Shown piece by piece: positions 47,474 to 57,922 of a stretch of DNA of 64,000 bases; the first letter of the stretch is position 1, and the number at the start of each line of letters is the position of its first letter. The position numbers and the translations under genes are program-made. Where the stretch lies: contig CBDCSV010000010.1 of NCBI GenBank assembly GCA_965221855.1, positions 131,650 to 195,649 of the forward strand, given 5' to 3'. This DNA is from Rhodospirillales bacterium. Its GTDB lineage: Bacteria; Pseudomonadota; Alphaproteobacteria; Rhodospirillales; UBA2165. The notes below the pieces were generated by a model, which made no database searches, was not told where the DNA came from, and was given only the letters and a program-made list of their open reading frames with translations.

Positions 47474-48364
47474 ATGTCACGCGGTGTGAAATTCGTCCTG
47501 ATGCTGCTGGCGGCGCTGGGTCCGCAGGGCCTATGGAGTGGTTCCGCCCAGGCCCAGTCGGCGGAGCGCGGCGCATACATTTTCGCCGCCGCGGGCTGCG
47601 CCGGCTGTCATACGGACATCAAGAACAAGGGGCAGCTTCTGGCCGGCGGCCGGGCCCTCGAAACCCCGTTCGGCACCTATTTCGGGCCCAACATCACCGC
47701 CGACAGGGAGCACGGCATCGGCGGCTGGTCGGACGCCGACTTCATCCGCGCCATGCGCCATGGCGTCTCCCCCGGCGGCGGCCACTACTACCCGGTGTTC
47801 CCCTATCCGTCCTTCACGCTGATGACCGACGGCGACATGCGGGACCTGAAGGCCTACATCTTCTCCCTGCCCACGGCGGCGACCCCCAACAAGCCCCACG
47901 AGATCAGGTTTCCGTTCCGCTTCCGCTTTCTGATGGCGGTGTGGAAGCTCCTGTTCTTCGAGCCCGGCGCCTATGGGGCGGACGGCGCCCGGAGCGCCCA
48001 GTGGAACCGGGGGGCCTACATCGTCCGGGCGCTCGGCCACTGCGGCGAATGCCATACGCCCCGCAATGTCCTGGGCGCGGTGAAGGCCGGCCGGCACCTG
48101 TCCGGGACCAAGGCCGGGCCCGACGGCGAGCCGGTTCCCAACATCACCCCGCACCGGACGACCGGGATCGGCGGCTGGACCGGGGACGAGATCGCCCAAC
48201 TGCTGCGCTCGGGCGAGACTCCCCTCGGCGACGAGGTGGACGGCGAGATGTGGGAGGTGGTCAAGAACGGCACCAGCAAGCTGACCCCCGGGGATCTGGC
48301 CGCCGTCGCCGATTACCTGAAGAACATCCCGGCCATCGAGCATCAGGTCTTCCCCGGGCCCTAG
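47474..48364 (+). CDS. Diheme c-type cytochrome
   Basis: CAGCH and CGECH; PNIT motifs; GAYIVRALGH. Confidence 0.9.
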   Translation: MSRGVKFVLMLLAALGPQGLWSGSAQAQSAERGAYIFAAAGCAGCHTDIKNKGQLLAGGRALETPFGTYFGPNITADREHGIGGWSDADFIRAMRHGVSPGGGHYYPVFPYPSFTLMTDGDMRDLKAYIFSLPTAATPNKPHEIRFPFRFRFLMAVWKLLFFEPGAYGADGARSAQWNRGAYIVRALGHCGECHTPRNVLGAVKAGRHLSGTKAGPDGEPVPNITPHRTTGIGGWTGDEIAQLLRSGETPLGDEVDGEMWEVVKNGTSKLTPGDLAAVADYLKNIPAIEHQVFPGP

Positions 48365-48393
48365 GGCCGGGCGAAGCGGCGCATCGCGCAGCC

Positions 48394-49236
48394 ATGGACC
48401 TCCTCGATTCCGTCCTCGTCCGCTCGGCAGCGGTTCCGTTCCTGGCCACCGGGATCTTCGCCGGCATCATTCGCTGGATCGCCGGCGGCGGGACCGGCAA
48501 GCCGCTGGCCGGCGGCGCCGTCGGGGTGGTGTTCATGTGGATGCTGGCCGCCCGTCTCGGCGTGCCGGACTTCCCGCCCGGCCCCGGCGGCGATTCCATC
48601 CTCTATGTCATGCTCGCCGGCCTGCTGGCCGGGATCGCCCTCGACGCCGCCGCCGGCGTGACCGGCCGGGCGGCCGCCGCCTGCCAGACGATCGCCATGA
48701 TCCTGTTCGGGCTGGGGCTGGCCTACTGGCTCCGGCCCGGCATCGGCGCCGTTTCCATCGCCGCGGCCGCGGTCTGGGCCGTCGCCGTCCTTCGCCTGCG
48801 CCGCCGCGATCTCGCCCCGGCCGTCGCCACCGGGATGCTGACCGCCGCCGGGGCCGGGATGATCGTCCTGATGTGGATCGGCGGCATGGCGGCGGAACGG
48901 GAACTGGCCATCGCCCTGACCGCGGCCCTCACCGGCTTCCTGCTATGGTCGTGGCCGCCCCTCTCCTACCCCGCCGGCGCCGCCCTGCTGCTCGCCGGGA
49001 CCGGAGGCATATTCGCGCTCGCCCTCAGGCTCGCCGATGCGTGGCCGGCGTCGATCGCGGCTTTTGCCGTCTTCGTCTTCCTGTTCTTCGCCGATTCGGC
49101 GGCCGCGAAAGTCGTCAAATGGCCCCTGCTGCTGTCCCGCGGGGTCTTTCCGCTGACCGTCGCCGCGCTGGGGGCGCTTCCCATCGCGCTCGGCGCCGCG
49201 ATCCTGCTGATCTTGACCAACCTGCCCGCCGGATAG
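48394..49236 (+). CDS. Hypothetical multi-pass membrane protein
   Basis: 3' part of ORF 47533..49236; about 9 hydrophobic segments. Confidence 0.7.
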   Translation: MDLLDSVLVRSAAVPFLATGIFAGIIRWIAGGGTGKPLAGGAVGVVFMWMLAARLGVPDFPPGPGGDSILYVMLAGLLAGIALDAAAGVTGRAAAACQTIAMILFGLGLAYWLRPGIGAVSIAAAAVWAVAVLRLRRRDLAPAVATGMLTAAGAGMIVLMWIGGMAAERELAIALTAALTGFLLWSWPPLSYPAGAALLLAGTGGIFALALRLADAWPASIAAFAVFVFLFFADSAAAKVVKWPLLLSRGVFPLTVAALGALPIALGAAILLILTNLPAG

Positions 49237-49272
49237 GGGCGCGGAGCCGGGCCATGTCCGGGCCGTGTCCGG

Positions 49273-50552
49273 GGTGACGTAAAAATTTATGTGTCAGTTG
49301 GGAATGGGGTACTCCCTGTGGTTTACGACAACCGCAAGAAGGATCACCCCGATGCCACAGCAAGCTGTAACGATTGAGAACCTACCACAAGCCTTTGAGG
49401 TGGTGAAGGAGATGCAAGCAGGCGGATTGGACTGGGGCGAGGGTTATCGCCCGCTTGGCCGCCAGGCGCTGGCCGAGATCATCGAGGGCCGGATGGCCGA
49501 GGCGGTGGATCGCTGGCTCGACGGCCTCGATGGCAGCGCTATGCGCGACCGGCGCAACGGCACCTACCGGCGCCGCCTGCTCAGCGAGCTCGGCGACATC
49601 GAGCTCAACGTGCCGCGCACCCGGCACTTCTGCCCGACCGAGGTTCTGAAGAGCTACGCAAGGCGCGCTCCAGAGATCGACCGCGCCATCCTGGCCGGCT
49701 TCGTGCTGGGGCTCTCGACCCGCAAGGTCGGCGAGGTCCTGCTTGCCCTGCTCGGGCGTCCGGTCTCGGCCGCGACGGTGAGCCGGGTCGCCAAGACCCT
49801 CGATCTGTCGGTCGCCGCATTCCACCGCCGGCCGCTGAAGAACGCCTACAAGGCGCTGATGCTCGACGGCGTGGTGCTGGCCTGCAAGACCGGCGCCGGC
49901 GCGCTCAGGAGGCCGGTCCTGGTGGCGCTGGGCATACGGCACGACGGCAAGAAGGAGATTATCGACTTCCAACTCGCCGCCAGCGAGAGCGCCGCGGAGT
50001 GGGAGCGCTTCCTCACCGCGTTGCACCGCCGCGGCCTCACCGGCGAGGGCCTTGAGATGATCTGCGTTGATGGCGGCCAAGGCCTGCTCGCCGCCTTGCC
50101 GATCGTCTATCACGGCATCCCCGTTCAGAGGTGCTGGGCGCACAAAATCAGGAACATCCTCAACAAGGTCCGCGTAGCCGACCAGCAGGCCGTCAAGGCC
50201 GACGTCCACGCCGTCATGAATGCCCCCAACCGCCGCAAGGCCGAGACCGCCGCCCGCCGCTTCGCCGACGCCTGGGAAGATACCTACCCCAAGGCCGTCG
50301 CCTGCCTGCGCAACGACCTCGACGACCTGCTCACCTGCTTCCGCTACAAGGACCTCGCCGAGCGAAAGCAGGTCAGGACCACCAATGCCATCGAACGGAG
50401 GTTCCGCGAGGTTCGCAGACGAACCCGGCCCATGGGAACCTTCAAGGATAAAACCTCAATGGACCGCATCCTCTTCGCGGTCTTCATTCACGAAAACAAG
50501 TCTCAGGGAATCAGTACCCCAGTCTCCCTGACACATAACTCTTGACGTTACC
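49273..50552 (+). mobile_element. IS256-family element, copy 2 (1280 bp)
   Basis: 8-bp TSD GTGTCCGG at 49265 and 50553; nearly identical to copy 1. Confidence 0.93.
49352..50545 (+). CDS. IS256-family transposase
   Basis: Same motifs as copy 1; two amino-acid differences near the C-terminus. Confidence 0.93.
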   Translation: MPQQAVTIENLPQAFEVVKEMQAGGLDWGEGYRPLGRQALAEIIEGRMAEAVDRWLDGLDGSAMRDRRNGTYRRRLLSELGDIELNVPRTRHFCPTEVLKSYARRAPEIDRAILAGFVLGLSTRKVGEVLLALLGRPVSAATVSRVAKTLDLSVAAFHRRPLKNAYKALMLDGVVLACKTGAGALRRPVLVALGIRHDGKKEIIDFQLAASESAAEWERFLTALHRRGLTGEGLEMICVDGGQGLLAALPIVYHGIPVQRCWAHKIRNILNKVRVADQQAVKADVHAVMNAPNRRKAETAARRFADAWEDTYPKAVACLRNDLDDLLTCFRYKDLAERKQVRTTNAIERRFREVRRRTRPMGTFKDKTSMDRILFAVFIHENKSQGISTPVSLTHNS

Positions 50553-50664
50553 GTGTCCGGGCGGGCATTGCGCCCGCTCCGGCGGCGGAGTACCTTACGG
50601 ATTCGGCGCTGGCGTGAACGGGCCGGCGACAAGAGACAGCCACAGGGGGCAGCGGCAACAGGCG

Positions 50665-51969
50665 ATGAAACGGCCATTCAACTGGGCACTCGTCGGGGGC
50701 GTGATTGTTATCGCGGCGATTGCGCTGAGCTTCCTCGGCGACACGGACGAAGGCGAGCAGGCGGCGGCGCCGACCGCCGTCGTGCAGGTGCCCGCGCCGT
50801 CGGCCCAGACCGCGCCCGCGCCCGAGACCGCCGCCGCGGAACCGGCCAAGCCGGCCCCGGACATGGTCCGGACCAAACCCCAGGGCGACGCGGTCATGGC
50901 GAAACGCGCCGAACCCGGGGCCCCCGTCCAAACTCCCGCCGGCGGCACGGACGAGAGCGAACAGGCGGCGCCGGCCGGTGCGCCGGCGCCCGCACCCTCG
51001 GCCCGGACCGCGCCAGGGACCGCGCCAGGGACAACACAAGGGACCACACAAGGGACCGCACAGGGGACCGCGCCCCCGTCCGGGACCGCCGCCGCGAGGC
51101 CGGTCCGGCCGAGCTTCGACATCGTCCGGATCAATCCCCAGTGCGACACGGTCATGGCGGGACGCGCCGAACCCGGCGCCCGCGTCCAGATTCTCGACGG
51201 CGGCAAGGTAATCGGCGAGGCGACCGCCGACGCCCGCGGCGAATGGGTCTTCGTGCCCGCCGAACCGCTGCCGCCGGGCAACCGGCAATTGTCGCTCCGC
51301 ACCGTCGGGACCGGCGGCCGGCCGGCCGTCACTTCGGACTCCAACGTGGTGCTGGCCGTGCCGGAGAAGGGCAAGGACATCGCCGGCCGGCCGAGCGAAG
51401 AACCGTCCCAGCCCTTGGCGCTCAAAGTGCCGTCGGAGGGCGGCGCCACCACCCAGGTGCTGCAGAAGCCGACGCCGACACCGAAGCCGACGCCGCCGGC
51501 GCCCGCTCCCGCCCCGGCCCTCCTCGCCGTTACCATCGACGCGGTGGATTACGACGACCGCGGGCGGCTCAACGTTATCGGGACCGGTGCGCCCGACGGT
51601 CAGGTCCACCTGTATCTGAACAACGAATTTCTCGGCCGCTCGCCGACCGGCGCCGACGGCCGCTGGCGGCAGTCGCCGGAGCGGACGGTCGCGCCCGGGG
51701 TCTATTCGGTGCGCGCCGATCAGGTGGACGACGCCGGCAAGGTCCTGGCCCGCATCGAGGTGGTCTTCGCCCGCTCGACCCTGCTGACCGACGTCCCGCC
51801 GGGGACATTGTTCGTCGTTCAGCCCGGCAACAGCCTGTGGCGGATCGCGCGCCGCACCTATGGCCGCGGGATTCGGTTCACGGTGATTTACGAAGCCAAC
51901 AGGAATCAAATCCGGGATGAGGATCTGATCTATCCGGGACAGGTCTTCCGGCTGCCGTCGATCAACTAA
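50665..51969 (+). CDS. LysM peptidoglycan-binding protein with Ig-like domains
   Basis: N-terminal TM; PSFDIVRI...; C-terminal VVQPGNSLWRIA...IYEANRNQIRDEDLIYPGQVF. Confidence 0.88.
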   Translation: MKRPFNWALVGGVIVIAAIALSFLGDTDEGEQAAAPTAVVQVPAPSAQTAPAPETAAAEPAKPAPDMVRTKPQGDAVMAKRAEPGAPVQTPAGGTDESEQAAPAGAPAPAPSARTAPGTAPGTTQGTTQGTAQGTAPPSGTAAARPVRPSFDIVRINPQCDTVMAGRAEPGARVQILDGGKVIGEATADARGEWVFVPAEPLPPGNRQLSLRTVGTGGRPAVTSDSNVVLAVPEKGKDIAGRPSEEPSQPLALKVPSEGGATTQVLQKPTPTPKPTPPAPAPAPALLAVTIDAVDYDDRGRLNVIGTGAPDGQVHLYLNNEFLGRSPTGADGRWRQSPERTVAPGVYSVRADQVDDAGKVLARIEVVFARSTLLTDVPPGTLFVVQPGNSLWRIARRTYGRGIRFTVIYEANRNQIRDEDLIYPGQVFRLPSIN

Positions 51970-52095
51970 GGGGCCGGCCCTTCCGGGCGCTTCGGTATTT
52001 CTCCCGGGCGGAAACCCTTGAAAGATAGGCACTTAACGCCGCCGGGGCTGGCGAGTAGAATGCCCGCCTTCATCCTTGGGAAAACGTGAGGGACG

Positions 52096-52779
52096 ATGTC
52101 CGGGATCATCCCGCCTCTCCATCCGGCCGGTTGGCCGTTCGTCTGGCTGTTTGCCGGCGTCACCGTCCTGTTGGCGGTCATCTGGGAACCGCTGGGCTGG
52201 GCGGGCGCCGTCCTCACCCTGTGGTGCGCCTACTTCTTCCGCGACCCCGAACGGGTCACTCCGGCGCGGGACGGATTGGTGATCAGCCCCGCCGACGGCG
52301 TGGTGCAAATGATTACCGATGCCGCGCCGCCCGCCGAGATCGACATGGGCGAAACCCCGCGGACGCGGATATCGATCTTCATGAACGTGTTCAACGTCCA
52401 CGTAAACCGAATTCCCATCGGCGGGAGGATCGTCAGGACCGCCTATCGCCCGGGCAAGTTCCTCAATGCCTCCCTCGACAAGGCCAGCGAACACAACGAA
52501 CGCCAGTCGTTTCACCTGGAAACCGCCGACGGGCGGAGCTTCGGCGTGGTCCAGATCGCCGGCCTCGTGGCGCGGCGCATCCGGTGCGACCTGCGGGCCG
52601 ATCAGGCCGTGCGGGCCGGGGAAAGATTCGGGATCATTCGCTTCGGCAGCCGGGTGGACGTGTATCTGCCCGACGGCGTGGTCCCGCTGGTCGCCGCCGG
52701 GCAGACGACAATCGCCGGCGAAACGGTGATCGCCGATCTTCGCGCCCAGGAAGACCGGCGCGCGGGCGAGGTGCGCTGA
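52096..52779 (+). CDS. psd: Phosphatidylserine decarboxylase
   Basis: [28 protein letters not shown]. Confidence 0.95.
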   Translation: MSGIIPPLHPAGWPFVWLFAGVTVLLAVIWEPLGWAGAVLTLWCAYFFRDPERVTPARDGLVISPADGVVQMITDAAPPAEIDMGETPRTRISIFMNVFNVHVNRIPIGGRIVRTAYRPGKFLNASLDKASEHNERQSFHLETADGRSFGVVQIAGLVARRIRCDLRADQAVRAGERFGIIRFGSRVDVYLPDGVVPLVAAGQTTIAGETVIADLRAQEDRRAGEVR

Positions 52780-53609
52780 TGTTCCGCCCCCGCCAGCGGC
52801 GCCTCCGCGGCCTTTCGTTCAACCGCATGCTACCCAACATGCTGACCATGCTGGCGCTGTGCGCCGGCCTGACGGCGCTTCGCTACGGACTGGAGGGCAA
52901 ATGGCAGCCGGCGATCGTTGCGCTGGTCTTCGCCGCCATCTTCGACGCCCTCGACGGCCGCATCGCGCGGCTCCTGCAGGGGACGTCGAAATTCGGCGCC
53001 GAACTGGACAGCCTGTCGGACTTCATCGCCTTCGGCGTCGCCCCGGCGGTGATCCTGTATCTCTGGACCATGCAGACCGCCGGTCCCGTCGGCTGGGTCC
53101 CGGTGTTGCTGTTCAATGTGTGCATGGCGCTGCGGCTGGCCCGGTTCAACACGGTGATGGACGATGACGAGCCGCCCGCCTGGGCCAAGGGCTATTTCAC
53201 CGGCGTGCCCGCGCCGGCGGCGGCGGGCCTGGTCATGGTGCCGATGGTCCTGTGGTTTCAGGCCGAGGCGGAATGGCTGCGCCAGCCGTTCCTGGTCGGC
53301 GCCGTCATTATCGCCGTCGCCTGCCTGATGGTCAGCAAGCTGCCCACCTATTCGTTCAAGAACATCCGCATTCAGCAGCGGTTCGTCCTGGTTCCCATGC
53401 TGGGGGTCGGACTGCTGGCCGCGCTGGGCGTTTCGGCGCCGTGGCTGACCATGACGCTGATCGTCGCCGCCTACGTGGCCAGCATCCCGTTCTCAATCCG
53501 TTCATACCGGCGGGCCGAGGCGGAGGCCAGGGAACTTGCCCAGGCAACGGATATGGCGGCGGATGCGCCCTCGGATGCGCCCGCGGCCAACGACGAGGCG
53601 GCCGAATAA
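52779..53609 (+). CDS. pssA: CDP-diacylglycerol--serine O-phosphatidyltransferase
   Basis: DALDGRIAR...FGAELDSLSD; RLARFN; TGVPAP. Confidence 0.93.
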   Translation: MFRPRQRRLRGLSFNRMLPNMLTMLALCAGLTALRYGLEGKWQPAIVALVFAAIFDALDGRIARLLQGTSKFGAELDSLSDFIAFGVAPAVILYLWTMQTAGPVGWVPVLLFNVCMALRLARFNTVMDDDEPPAWAKGYFTGVPAPAAAGLVMVPMVLWFQAEAEWLRQPFLVGAVIIAVACLMVSKLPTYSFKNIRIQQRFVLVPMLGVGLLAALGVSAPWLTMTLIVAAYVASIPFSIRSYRRAEAEARELAQATDMAADAPSDAPAANDEAAE

Positions 53610-53633
53610 CCGTGCCGCCGGGGCGGGTCCGTC

Positions 53634-54389
53634 TCAGGCCGGCTCGTCGAGTTCCGGATAGTGACGGAAGATGCCGAGTTCGTTGAACGGAATGCGCCGC
53701 TCGGAGGCCAGGTAGGCGGCGATGTTCGGTCTCTCGGCCACACGGTCATGGAGCGCGAATATTCCCGGATAGCCGCCGCGCAGCGCGGCCATGCGCCTGG
53801 GGAACGCATATTCGAGCCCCGCGACCACCTGGAACAGGGACAGGTCCGCATGGGAGCAGCCGGCGCCGACCAGCCATTCGCCGCCGGCGTCCGCGTTCCG
53901 GGTCAGCGCACGTTCGAAATAGCCGAAATACTTAGTCACGCGCTCGCTCCGGAACGCCGCCGCGCGTTTCAGCGCTTCCGCCTGCTGGTCCTCGTAATGC
54001 AGTGAATTGGCGATGGGATGGTGGGTGTCGTGAGCCTCCATCACCATGTCGGTGATGGTGTGCTGCAGGTGCCGCGCCCGCCACTTCGCCTCCCCCTTCG
54101 GGGCGAGCCCATGGCGCTCGCCGAGATAGGCGCAGATGGCGGGGGTCTGGCTGAGATACAGCCCGCCGTGCTGCAGGATCGGCGGGGCGAAGACCGGCGT
54201 CCCGAGATCGTCGCGCTCCATGAACGCCCGGAGCGAGGCGACGCCGCCCCCTTCCTCCTCGGGAAGTCTCGCGACGTCCGTATAGGCCGCGCCGGCGTCT
54301 TCGAGCACGAGCCGCACGAACTCCCCGCGCCCCTGGATCATGGGCCAGTAATACAACCGGTATTCAACGTCTTCCGCGTTTGTCGGCAT
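53634..54389 (-). CDS. Glutathione S-transferase family protein
   Basis: YYWPMIQGRGEFVRL, FAPPIL, SQTPAI, HADLSLFQ. Confidence 0.9.
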   Translation of the reverse strand: MPTNAEDVEYRLYYWPMIQGRGEFVRLVLEDAGAAYTDVARLPEEEGGGVASLRAFMERDDLGTPVFAPPILQHGGLYLSQTPAICAYLGERHGLAPKGEAKWRARHLQHTITDMVMEAHDTHHPIANSLHYEDQQAEALKRAAAFRSERVTKYFGYFERALTRNADAGGEWLVGAGCSHADLSLFQVVAGLEYAFPRRMAALRGGYPGIFALHDRVAERPNIAAYLASERRIPFNELGIFRHYPELDEPA

Positions 54390-54420
54390 GTTTTCCGTCT
54401 CCAAGCCTTTCGTCCGATGA

Positions 54421-55509
54421 TCAGTTCAGCCCCAGCAGTTCCGCCGCCGTGCCGCCGCAGATGCGGGCCCGCTGCTCGTCCGTGAGCTTGCCCGCCCTGG
54501 CGACCAGGCCCACCGGATCGTCCTCGCCCATGTCGTAGGGATAATCGGTGCCCAGCAGCACGTGATCGGCGCCGTACTTCTCCACCAGGAACTCGATCTG
54601 GTCGGGGGCGAAGACCATGGTGTCGAAATAGAATCTCTTCAGGTACTCGCCGGGGGGATTGGGCAGTCCGTGGGAAACGTCCTCCCGGGCGTGATAGGCG
54701 TGATCCATGCGTCCGGCGTAGCTCGGCAGGAACCCGCCGCCGTGGGCGGCGCAGATCTTGAGGCCGGGATGACGGTCGATGACCCCGCCGAAGATCAGCT
54801 GGCTGATGGCGATGGTCGATTCCAGCGGGTGGCCGATGATGTTGAGGAAATAATGATCGCCGAAACGCTCCGGGCTGGTGTAGCCGGCCGGGTGCATGAA
54901 CAGCAGGATGCCCAGCTCCTCCGCCCTGGCCCAGAACGGCGCCAGGCGTTCGGCGGACAGTTCGTCGCCGCCCACATGGGTGTTGATCTCCAGGCCCCGG
55001 AATCCGAGTTCGTCGACGCAGCGCTCCATCTCGGCGATGGCCATTTCGGTGTTTTGCAGGGGCACCGTGCCGAGGCCGACCAGTCGGTCCGGGTGTTGGG
55101 CGACGGCTTCCGCGAGGTCGTCGTTTTCCATCCGGGACGCCTTCCGCCCGATCTCCGGTTCGGCCCAGTAGTAGAATTGATAGGGCGAGATGGAAACCGC
55201 CTGGATATCGACCCCCATCCGGTCCATGTCGGCGATGCGTTCCTCGAGGGAGAGCATCTTCGGCTTGATGAATTCGATCTGCGCGGCGTTCACCTTGCGG
55301 GTGATGTCGTTGCCGAACTGCAGCGGCACGAAGCCGACGCGCTCCGCTTCGGCCTTCATCATCTCCATGGCCGGCTGGCATTCCCGGTGACAGTGGACAT
55401 CGACCACGAGGGTCTTGGAACCGTTTGAAACAACCGCGCCGGCGGCGCCTTCATCGGCGGGCGAACGGGCGGCCGGCGCGTGGTGCGCGTGAGTGCATTT
55501 GAAGAACAT
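54421..55509 (-). CDS. Amidohydrolase 2 family (ACMSD/LigW-like decarboxylase)
   Basis: DVHCH, FMHP, AHGGGFLP, LLGTDYPY. Confidence 0.88.
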   Translation of the reverse strand: MFFKCTHAHHAPAARSPADEGAAGAVVSNGSKTLVVDVHCHRECQPAMEMMKAEAERVGFVPLQFGNDITRKVNAAQIEFIKPKMLSLEERIADMDRMGVDIQAVSISPYQFYYWAEPEIGRKASRMENDDLAEAVAQHPDRLVGLGTVPLQNTEMAIAEMERCVDELGFRGLEINTHVGGDELSAERLAPFWARAEELGILLFMHPAGYTSPERFGDHYFLNIIGHPLESTIAISQLIFGGVIDRHPGLKICAAHGGGFLPSYAGRMDHAYHAREDVSHGLPNPPGEYLKRFYFDTMVFAPDQIEFLVEKYGADHVLLGTDYPYDMGEDDPVGLVARAGKLTDEQRARICGGTAAELLGLN

Positions 55510-55636
55510 GGGACTACCCTGGAAATTGAGCGAGGACTTTGACGGCATCCGGTGTATAGGAGGCCGCCGGACGCCGCAACCACGGCCTGACCCCGGCCCG
55601 ACCGTGGCCCGACCGTGGCCGGGGCCGGATGCGCCG

Positions 55637-57034
55637 TCACATGGGCCAGAGGGCGGTGCCGGGATGGAACTGGGACCACGCGAACCAGAATGCCTGGTGG
55701 CTGCCGAGATCGGAACCGTCGGCGCCGACCGCCTTGATGCCGCCGGCCTCGAGCCGCAGGCGAACGTTCTCGAAAGCGATCTCCTCGCCGTTCTTCAGCG
55801 CCAGGAACGCCTTGCTCCGCTGGAACGCCACCGGCTTGCCGGACGCGGTGACGACGCCGATGATGTCTTCGTGAACCGGCAGGCGCGGGTCCACGTCGCC
55901 GACCGGAAATATGGGGCCGTTGGCGTCCCGGCCGTTGCGGAAATCGAAATCGCGGCCGAGCGCCAGTTCCTCGACCAGCACGGTGGTCCCGGGGTGCAGT
56001 TTTTTCCATCGGCCCCAATCGGTGGTGACGACCGTGGCCTGCTCGAGGCTGAGTTTCTTCTCCGCCAGCGGCCCGGTCACCGCCGCGCCCAGAAACGTAT
56101 CGAACACCGAAAACGTCCTGACGTCGTACATCACCTTGTTGGACCGGATCAGCAGCCCCGAGGTGCGCAGGATGGGCCGCTCGATCCCTTCGGGCAGCCG
56201 GTCGGTGAAGTAGGCCTGCGCGGATGCGCAGAGCGTGCAGTAGGGAATGCCCAGGTGCCTGCCGCCCAACGTGTCGTTGACCATCTCGCGCACTTCCATG
56301 ATGCGGCGGGGATAGGCCCGGTACTCGCCGTTCACCCCGATCCCGAAAACGATGTCCCCGTCCTTGAGCCATGCCGCGTCCTGGGCGCTGCTCACCTTGG
56401 GATTGTCGGCGGCGGGAATGCAGTTGCACGGCTCGTCCGTCGTATCGTACGGGCGGTCGTCGATCAGCACGCCGCCCCAGGAAACGTGCCGCCAGTCGAT
56501 ATCGCCCTCGACGAAGATCCTGTCCCAGCCGGGCACCAGGGTCGTGAAAATGGCGCGCTTGACCCGCAGGTAATCGGGGGGCGCCGGAATATCCCACGCA
56601 ATGAGATGATCGGTGACCGTCCCCCAAGGATTGCCGACCGGCGAACCGATCCCCAGCAGCTTCATGGCGGCGTAGCTCAATTCATCGGTCAGGCCGCGCG
56701 AAGTGATGAAGCGCATCAGGTCGGCGATCAGCCACACGATGCGGGGGTCCTTCCCCTCGACGATTTGTTCCAGCGCCGCCGATTGATCGCTGTCCCACCT
56801 CTCGTTGGCCATGGCGTCGACAAAGGCCGTCTTCACCGCCGACCGCAGGGCCTCGGACAGGGGGCCGTCCGGGACCGCCGGCGGATGGCCGAACTTCTCG
56901 ATGACATGGGCGGGCAGCGGTTCCCGGTCCTGGGCCCGCGGCGCCTCGGACCAGTGCCCGGACCAGGCCAACGAAAGCGCAACCACAAACGCGCCGAGGA
57001 CGATACGGGGAGACAAGCTGCGCGCCGATGCCAT
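55637..57034 (-). CDS. DUF3179 family exported protein
   Basis: CIPAADNP, RAYPRRIM, EMVND, YCTLCAS, AFWFAW. Confidence 0.82.
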   Translation of the reverse strand: MASARSLSPRIVLGAFVVALSLAWSGHWSEAPRAQDREPLPAHVIEKFGHPPAVPDGPLSEALRSAVKTAFVDAMANERWDSDQSAALEQIVEGKDPRIVWLIADLMRFITSRGLTDELSYAAMKLLGIGSPVGNPWGTVTDHLIAWDIPAPPDYLRVKRAIFTTLVPGWDRIFVEGDIDWRHVSWGGVLIDDRPYDTTDEPCNCIPAADNPKVSSAQDAAWLKDGDIVFGIGVNGEYRAYPRRIMEVREMVNDTLGGRHLGIPYCTLCASAQAYFTDRLPEGIERPILRTSGLLIRSNKVMYDVRTFSVFDTFLGAAVTGPLAEKKLSLEQATVVTTDWGRWKKLHPGTTVLVEELALGRDFDFRNGRDANGPIFPVGDVDPRLPVHEDIIGVVTASGKPVAFQRSKAFLALKNGEEIAFENVRLRLEAGGIKAVGADGSDLGSHQAFWFAWSQFHPGTALWPM

Positions 57035-57282
57035 GGCGGGGCCTTTTCCGTGGCTGATTGACCCGTACGCAATGAAAGGAATGCGCCGGATAAGGATATT
57101 AAGTGGCCATAACCCCATTTTATTCCAATCACGTTTTCTTCAACCGGCCGCCGGGAGGAGCCGGTTTGCTCCCGGCAAGCCGCACCCGATGCGCGGTTGT
57201 CACGAGCGATTTTATATTTTACGGTTTTATCCTGTAATTTGGAAACGGCGCGGTCGGAAAAGCCGCGGGAAGGAACCCAGCC

Positions 57283-57861
57283 ATGACCTACAGCTTTGAG
57301 CAATTCTGCGCGGATAACCGGGCCGCCTATGACGGGACCGGCAAGGCCGACCTCGAACAAATCCGCCTGAACCTCGAACGCTTGCTTCAGGAGAACCAGC
57401 CCTTCGTCGAGGAACATTGCGGGCCGGATGCCGATGGCGGCGTGGTGGAACTCTATCAGGACCCGGAAAAGGGATTCCTGGTCTATGCCCACGGCTACGC
57501 CGAGGGGAGGACCTCGCCGCCCCATGATCACGGGGCGTCCTGGGCGATCTACGGACAGGCCAAGAAGTTCACCGACATGACCGAGTGGAACCGCCTCGAC
57601 GACAAATCCAAGGACGGCTACGCCGAGATCGAGTCGGCCAGGAAATACCGGCTCGATCCGGGCATGGCCGGCAAGTTCGGTCCCCATGAAATCCACCAGA
57701 TTCATTTCGAAGCCGGCGCGCGGTTCGTCCGCGTCACCGGGGCCGACCTTTTCCGGGAGGAAACCCTGACCTATCAGCCGGATACCAATGGCGTGGTCGC
57801 CCGGACCGTCGGCTCGGCGGCCAATTCCGGCGAGAATTTGACCAAGAGGCACATCGCCTAG
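57283..57861 (+). CDS. Cupin-like protein (cysteine-dioxygenase-like fold)
   Basis: SPPHDHGASWAIYG, IHQI; family assignment tentative. Confidence 0.6.
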   Translation: MTYSFEQFCADNRAAYDGTGKADLEQIRLNLERLLQENQPFVEEHCGPDADGGVVELYQDPEKGFLVYAHGYAEGRTSPPHDHGASWAIYGQAKKFTDMTEWNRLDDKSKDGYAEIESARKYRLDPGMAGKFGPHEIHQIHFEAGARFVRVTGADLFREETLTYQPDTNGVVARTVGSAANSGENLTKRHIA

Positions 57862-57922
57862 ATCAGGTCATGTTTTGACGAAACCACGGCGCGGTTTCGT
57901 CAAAACACGTGATTGCGATCTA
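57859..57922. mobile_element. 64-bp palindromic MITE-like element in a CTAG site
   Basis: CTAGATC...GATCTAG ends; perfect 15-bp stem TGTTTTGACGAAACC / GGTTTCGTCAAAACA. Confidence 0.6.

Noticed and set aside
55637-57034. DUF3179 as a selenoprotein
   Set aside because: No in-frame TGA; Cys occupies the CxxC positions
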